From Halosimplex sp. (GTDB lineage: Archaea; Halobacteriota; Halobacteria; Halobacteriales; Haloarculaceae): a stretch of DNA of 53,460 nt. The stretch spans positions 1-53,460 of the forward strand of contig JBDGSU010000019.1 of the NCBI GenBank assembly GCA_042217395.1. Reading direction: 5' to 3'. The notes beneath the pieces were generated by a model that had not been told where the DNA came from, did no database searches, and saw only the letters and a program-made list of their open reading frames with translations. Positions 48,739-53,460 of this stretch are shown here, piece by piece (the first letter of the stretch is position 1; the number at the start of each line of letters is the position of its first letter). Both the position numbers and the translations under genes were made by a program.

Positions 48739-51342
48739 CTACTCCCGCGCCATCGGCACGTCGCGAGTCGACGAGTCGCTCCGGACCGCGTCGAGGCTAC
48801 CGCGTTCGGCCCACACCAGCAACAGGCTGGGCATGACGAACACGGCGACGACGAACGACAGCGAGAGCGCGAGAACGACGAGCGTCCCGAAGCTCCGGAT
48901 CTGGGGATGGGGGTGCAAGAGCAGCGCGCTGAAGGCGCCGACCGAGGTGAGCGTGCTGCCGAGGAGGGCGCCGCCGGTACCGGTCACCGCCGTCCTCAGC
49001 CCGCCCGTCACCGTCTGCCCCCGCTCGAGTTCCTGGGCGAAGCGGTCGCTGATGTGGATGTTGTAGTCGATGCCGAGGCCGACGACGAGGCTCAACAGCA
49101 GCGCGGTCAACAGCGTCAGCGGCACGTCGAGCAGGTACATCCCCCCGACGACCAGCGCCGTGACGAGCGTGATCGGGACGAACGTCACCGCGCCGAGGGT
49201 GGCGCTCCCGGTAGCGACCCGGTAGACGACCACGAGCAACGCCCCCACGGCCGCGAGCGCCACCACGAGCGTCTCCAGGATGCCGCCGGCCGTCTGGTCG
49301 AGTTCCGCCTCGGTGAGCGTGCCCGACCCCACGGCGACCGCACCGACGGCCGACCGGTCGCCCGCGTCGGCGACGGCGTGCATCGCGTCGGCCTGCTCGT
49401 CGATCGTCGCCGCGTCGCTGATCGGGACGACCACGCGCAGCGACCGGTAGGCCCCGTCCGCGCGTTCGACGACGCGACTCGCCCGGTCGGGCGCCGCGTC
49501 GTACAGCGCGTCGTACACGGCCGCGACGTCGCGGTCGGGCACGCCGTCGCCGTCCGCGTCCGCCCGACGGAACGTCTCGGCGAACTCGTCGTCCGACGCG
49601 GCGACCGAGCGCATGACCGACAGCGGCGAGGTCAGCGGGACGGCGCCCCCGCGCTGGAAGACCGCGTCCCGGCCGCCGGCGCGCTCGCGGATCGCGTCGA
49701 CGGCCGCCAGCGCCGCCGGCGAGGTCACGTCCCCCTGCAGGAGCACCTGCGAGCGGCGGCGCGCGTCCTCGTCGGCGGCGCGGTAGTGGTCGTCGACGTA
49801 GCGACGCTGCGAGTCGTACTCGCTCGTCTCCCACCCCAGCGGACCGGGCAGGTCCTGCTTCCACTGCGCGATCCCGCCCGACTTCTGCTGGACGGACTGG
49901 TGGTCGAGCGCGGTCCAGGCGACCGCGCCGCCCGACCCGGCCACCAGCGCGAGGGCGATCACCACCGGCGCGGCCCGCCGAGCCAGCCGCACGCCGCTCG
50001 CGAGGAACGGTTCGAGCGACCCGGTCCGCCCGAGCGGCGCGCTCCGGCGGTCGAACCCGACGCGTTCGAGCAGGCCGTCGACGGTCACCTTCAGCGCCGG
50101 CACCAGCGTCAGCGAGATCACGAACGTCGAGGCGACGCCCAGCGTGATCCCGACGGCGAGCTGTCTGATGACCGCGAACGCGTTCGTCGCGTTGGCCATG
50201 AACCCGACCACGGTCGTCAGCGTGACCAGCCCCAGCGCGACCGCGACCGACGAGAGCCCGCGGGCCATCGGCTCGCGGATCCCGTCGTCCGGGGCGCTTC
50301 GCGCCCCGCGTTCCTCTCGGGTCGCTTCGCTCCCCGCTCGGTCTTCCGGGACGCGAAGCGTCCCGCGCTCCTCTCGATACCGCATGAACACGTGGAGCCC
50401 GTAGTCGACGCTCAGCCCGACGACGAGAACGGGCCCGATGATCAGCGTCATGCCCGCGGGGACCCGCAACCAGCCGAGGATGCCGAACATCCACAGCACG
50501 GACAGGACGACGCCGGTGAACCCGACGATCACGTCCACCAGATCCCGGTAGGAGAACGCCAGCACGGCGAGGATGACCGCCAGCGCCACCGGGACGACGA
50601 GCTCCGTCGTCTGTCGCGTGTACAGGGCGTTGGCCTCGGCGGCCGCGTGCTCGCCGAGCGTGAAGTACTCGGGCGACTCGCGCCCGTCCGCCGCCCGGTG
50701 GAGCGCCGCAGTCGCCGCCGAGCGAGTCTTCGCCGCCGCCGTGCCGTCGTCGCCGCCCTCGAACCGGAACAGCATCCGACGGCTCCGGGCGCTCGCCGAC
50801 CCCGGCCGGTAGTCGCCGGGGAGCAACGCGTCGGCCGAGGACCCCGACGACAGCGTCGCGTTCACGAGGCGCGCCACCTCGCTCGCGTCGGTCGACTCGA
50901 GCGCCGCGACCTGCTCGTCCAGCGTCGCGGAGCTGTCGCCCGCCGCGCGTTTCGCGACGAGGTTGGCGACGCCGACGGGCTCGCGCCCGTCGAGGCTCGC
51001 GGCGACCGACTCGTTGTCGAGCGCCCGCCGCTGGAACCGCAGGGAATCCAGCAAGGAGGCCTTCGAGAGGACGTTCCCTCCCTCGCTCCGGACGTAGACC
51101 GGCGCGGGCGTCACGGCGGTGGCGTTCGCCCCGGACTCGTTGGCCCCGTAGTTGGCCCGGACGTAGTCCAGTTTCTGCGCGACCTCCGTGTCGCCGACGG
51201 CGCTGCTCCCGTTCATCTGACTCTGCGTCTGCAGGTGGCCGATACCGGCGACGACGCCGGCGGAGACGAGCACCATCACCAGGAGCACGATCAGGTTGTG
51301 CTCGGTGACGAACCGGAACGGACGCTCGAAGCGGTCTCTCAC
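48739..51342 (-). CDS. RND/MMPL family transporter
   Basis: Two repeats with GLSVDYGLH and GLGIDYNIH; GTG start preceded by GGAGGTGA. Confidence 0.93.
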   Translation of the reverse strand: MRDRFERPFRFVTEHNLIVLLVMVLVSAGVVAGIGHLQTQSQMNGSSAVGDTEVAQKLDYVRANYGANESGANATAVTPAPVYVRSEGGNVLSKASLLDSLRFQRRALDNESVAASLDGREPVGVANLVAKRAAGDSSATLDEQVAALESTDASEVARLVNATLSSGSSADALLPGDYRPGSASARSRRMLFRFEGGDDGTAAAKTRSAATAALHRAADGRESPEYFTLGEHAAAEANALYTRQTTELVVPVALAVILAVLAFSYRDLVDVIVGFTGVVLSVLWMFGILGWLRVPAGMTLIIGPVLVVGLSVDYGLHVFMRYREERGTLRVPEDRAGSEATREERGARSAPDDGIREPMARGLSSVAVALGLVTLTTVVGFMANATNAFAVIRQLAVGITLGVASTFVISLTLVPALKVTVDGLLERVGFDRRSAPLGRTGSLEPFLASGVRLARRAAPVVIALALVAGSGGAVAWTALDHQSVQQKSGGIAQWKQDLPGPLGWETSEYDSQRRYVDDHYRAADEDARRRSQVLLQGDVTSPAALAAVDAIRERAGGRDAVFQRGGAVPLTSPLSVMRSVAASDDEFAETFRRADADGDGVPDRDVAAVYDALYDAAPDRASRVVERADGAYRSLRVVVPISDAATIDEQADAMHAVADAGDRSAVGAVAVGSGTLTEAELDQTAGGILETLVVALAAVGALLVVVYRVATGSATLGAVTFVPITLVTALVVGGMYLLDVPLTLLTALLLSLVVGLGIDYNIHISDRFAQELERGQTVTGGLRTAVTGTGGALLGSTLTSVGAFSALLLHPHPQIRSFGTLVVLALSLSFVVAVFVMPSLLLVWAERGSLDAVRSDSSTRDVPMARE
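50305..50376. repeat. 57-bp in-frame insertion flanked by 15-bp direct repeat (1 synonymous mismatch)
   Basis: CCCGCGTTCCTCTCG (50305-50319) and CCCGCGCTCCTCTCG (50362-50376), giving REERG...REERG. Confidence 0.8.
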
Positions 51343-51437
51343 GGCGTCACCTCCACGAACGATCGGGGTGCGCCGCCCGACGGCCTGCGCCGAACGGGCG
51401 GGAGGGCGATACGACCTGAGCGACGGTCGGGAACCAT
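51339..51437 (-). CDS. Putative 32-aa leaderless upstream ORF coupled to the MMPL gene
   Basis: MVPDRRSGRIALPPVRRRPSGGAPRSFVEVTP*; TTTATATA lies 28 nt upstream and the stop overlaps the GTG start. Confidence 0.4.
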   Translation of the reverse strand: MVPDRRSGRIALPPVRRRPSGGAPRSFVEVTP

Positions 51438-51676
51438 TGCGTTTCACCCGTCGCCCGGGATCGGTATATAAAGGGCAACACGGTTTCAGGGTCGGAAGCT
51501 GTGCGAAAGGCGACTCGGTCTGACAGTCGACGGTCGTTCGATATAGCCGCATGCGGTTGAGAGCGTCGGACGCGTGGGTCCGGCGGCCGGTCGGTCCGCG
51601 AAGCCGGTCGTCGCCGCGAGCGTCCGCGAGGCGGCCGACGACAACAGTTATGTCGCTGGCGGGCGGAAACCGACAT

Positions 51677-52774
51677 ATGACGCTCAGACAGCCGCCGCTC
51701 GCGGCGGTCCACGAGGACGCGGGCGCGACCCTCACCGAGTTCGGGGGGTGGGAGATGCCCGTCGAGTTCGACTCGATCCGCCGGGAGCACGAGGCGGTCC
51801 GCGAGTCGGTCGGTCGGTTCGACGTCTCGCACATGGGCCAGATCGCCGTCACCGGTGACGGCGCCCTGCGACTCACCAACCGGCTGGTGACCAACGACGT
51901 GGCCGATCTGGACCGGGGCGACTCGTGTTACGCCGCGATCACCGACGACCGCGGCGTGATGCTCGACGACACCGTCGTCTATCGCCCGCCCGCCGAGTGG
52001 TCCGTCGACGCCGACTACCTCGTCGTCCCCAACGCCGGACACGACGCCGAGATGACCGAGCGCTGGGTCGACCACCGCGAGTCCCGGGACCTCGACGCGA
52101 GCGTCGAGAACCTGACCGAGTCGCTCGCCATGTTCGCCGTCCAGGGCCCCGTCGCCGAGGACCACCTCGCCGGAGTGACGGACGGCGACCTCGGGTCGCT
52201 GGCCCGCTTCGAGTCGTTCGTCGCGTCGGTCGCCGGCGTCGAGACGCTCGTCTCCCGCACCGGCTACACGGGAGAACCCGGCTTCGAGCTCGTACTCCCG
52301 TGGGACGAGGCCGAGACGGTCTGGTCCGCCCTCGACTGCCAGCCCTGCGGCCTCGGCGCCCGCGACACCCTCCGCCTGGAGATGGGATACCTCCTCTCCG
52401 GGCAGGACTTCGACGCCGAGGAGAATCCCCGCGATCCCTACGAGGCCGGCATCGACTTCGCCGTCGACCTCGACACCGAGTTCGTCGGCCGCGACGCGCT
52501 CGAGGGCGTCGACGTCGAGGGCCCCGACGAGAGACTGCGCGGGGTCGAACTCGTCGACCGCGGCGTCCCGCGTGCGGGCTACGACGTGACGACGCCCGAG
52601 GGCGACGACCTGGGCACCGTGACCAGCGGGACGATGAGCCCGACGCTGGGGCGCGGTATCGCGCTCGCGTACCTCCCGGTCGACCGGGTCGAACCCGGCG
52701 ATCCCGTCCGAGTCGAGGTGCGCGGCGAACCGAAGAAAGCACGTACCACCACCACCCCATTCCTGGATAGATGA
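51677..52774 (+). CDS. gcvT: Glycine cleavage system aminomethyltransferase T
   Basis: [29 protein letters not shown] and [11 protein letters not shown]. Confidence 0.97.
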   Translation: MTLRQPPLAAVHEDAGATLTEFGGWEMPVEFDSIRREHEAVRESVGRFDVSHMGQIAVTGDGALRLTNRLVTNDVADLDRGDSCYAAITDDRGVMLDDTVVYRPPAEWSVDADYLVVPNAGHDAEMTERWVDHRESRDLDASVENLTESLAMFAVQGPVAEDHLAGVTDGDLGSLARFESFVASVAGVETLVSRTGYTGEPGFELVLPWDEAETVWSALDCQPCGLGARDTLRLEMGYLLSGQDFDAEENPRDPYEAGIDFAVDLDTEFVGRDALEGVDVEGPDERLRGVELVDRGVPRAGYDVTTPEGDDLGTVTSGTMSPTLGRGIALAYLPVDRVEPGDPVRVEVRGEPKKARTTTTPFLDR

Positions 52775-53154
52775 GCTTCGACGTTCCAACCGACCTGCGC
52801 TACCTCGACTCTCACGAGTGGGTGCGGGTCGACGACGACAGTGCGCGCATCGGCATCTCGGAGTTCGCGCAGGACGAACTCGGCGACGTGGTCTTCGTCG
52901 ACCTCCCGAGCGAGGGCGAGGAGGTCGCCGCCGGCGAGGACTTCGCCGTCGTCGAGTCGATCAAGGCCGTCTCCGACATCTACTCGCCGGTCTCGGGCAC
53001 GGTGACCGCCACCAACGACGACCTGTCCGAGCGCCCGGAACTGATCAACGAGGACCCCTACGGCGACGGCTGGCTCGTCGAAGTCGAACTGAGCGACGCC
53101 ACGGAACTCGACGACCTCCTCTCCCCCGACGAGTACGAGGACCAGATCGCCTGA
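52771..53154 (+). CDS. gcvH: Glycine cleavage system H protein
   Basis: [28 protein letters not shown] (lipoyl-Lys) and NEDPYGDGW; ATGA overlap with gcvT. Confidence 0.98.
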   Translation: MSFDVPTDLRYLDSHEWVRVDDDSARIGISEFAQDELGDVVFVDLPSEGEEVAAGEDFAVVESIKAVSDIYSPVSGTVTATNDDLSERPELINEDPYGDGWLVEVELSDATELDDLLSPDEYEDQIA

Positions 53155-53200
53155 CGCCGCCCAACCACCGAACGCACCGCCCCGCCAGCCCACGCTTCAT

Positions 53201-53277
53201 ACGGATTCGGAGCAAGCGGTATCGGGTCGACCGCACGACCGTGTGCGGTCGATCCCGAACTGTCACCCATACTCCGT
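53201..53277 (+). mobile_element. About 80-bp palindromic MITE/REP-like element, copy 3
   Basis: ACGGATTCGGAGCAAGCG...TCGGGTCGACCGCAC...GTGCGGTCGATCCCGA...ACTCCGT. Confidence 0.78.
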
Positions 53278-53460
53278 ATCGGCGCCCACCGCAGACGCTT
53301 CTCGCCCGGACTGCCCACTCCTGACCGAGATCCATCCGGACCTCCGCGTTCGAACGCGCTCTCGTACACCGATATTCGCGATACGAAACATCCGGACAAC
53401 GGGACACACGTTTTCGGGATCTACAATTCTACAAACCACCAGACAACTGATACACCGGTC

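Overview
GC-rich haloarchaeal chromosomal segment (acidic proteins, PGF-CTERM, HalOD1, CheF; a Haloarculaceae-like origin is inferred, not proven). It holds about 47 genuine genes; most long ORF-track entries are GC-driven shadow ORFs. Core genes: mutL, uvrA, nth, hmgB, gcvT-gcvH, a YgfZ-like protein, TatD, an NYN protein and PiT/NhaP/MFS/MMPL transporters. Accessory genes: a candidate amino-sugar catabolic cluster (MFS, two Gfo/Idh/MocA, PIG-L deacetylase, SelA/DgaE-like PLP enzyme), an HxlR-DoxX-GST(omega) quinone-stress module, an Amt-PII fusion and surface proteins, one of which is split at a G8 tract. I found no tRNA, rRNA, CRISPR, transposase or integrase. The most interesting signals are small structured DNA elements. 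(1) A 312-bp ORF-less IS200/IS605 element with intact guide/cleavage logic; it replaced the stop codon of an MFS gene without changing the protein and may encode a stand-alone omega-RNA. (2) Hairpin-rich inserts of 51-90 bp, flanked by direct repeats, sitting in frame in three unrelated genes. (3) A three-copy structured motif with a conserved fold, one copy of which lies between 57-bp duplications of the hmgB 3' end. (4) About 80-bp palindromic MITE-like elements. Several apparent pseudo-enzymes and unannotated small ORFs are also noted.
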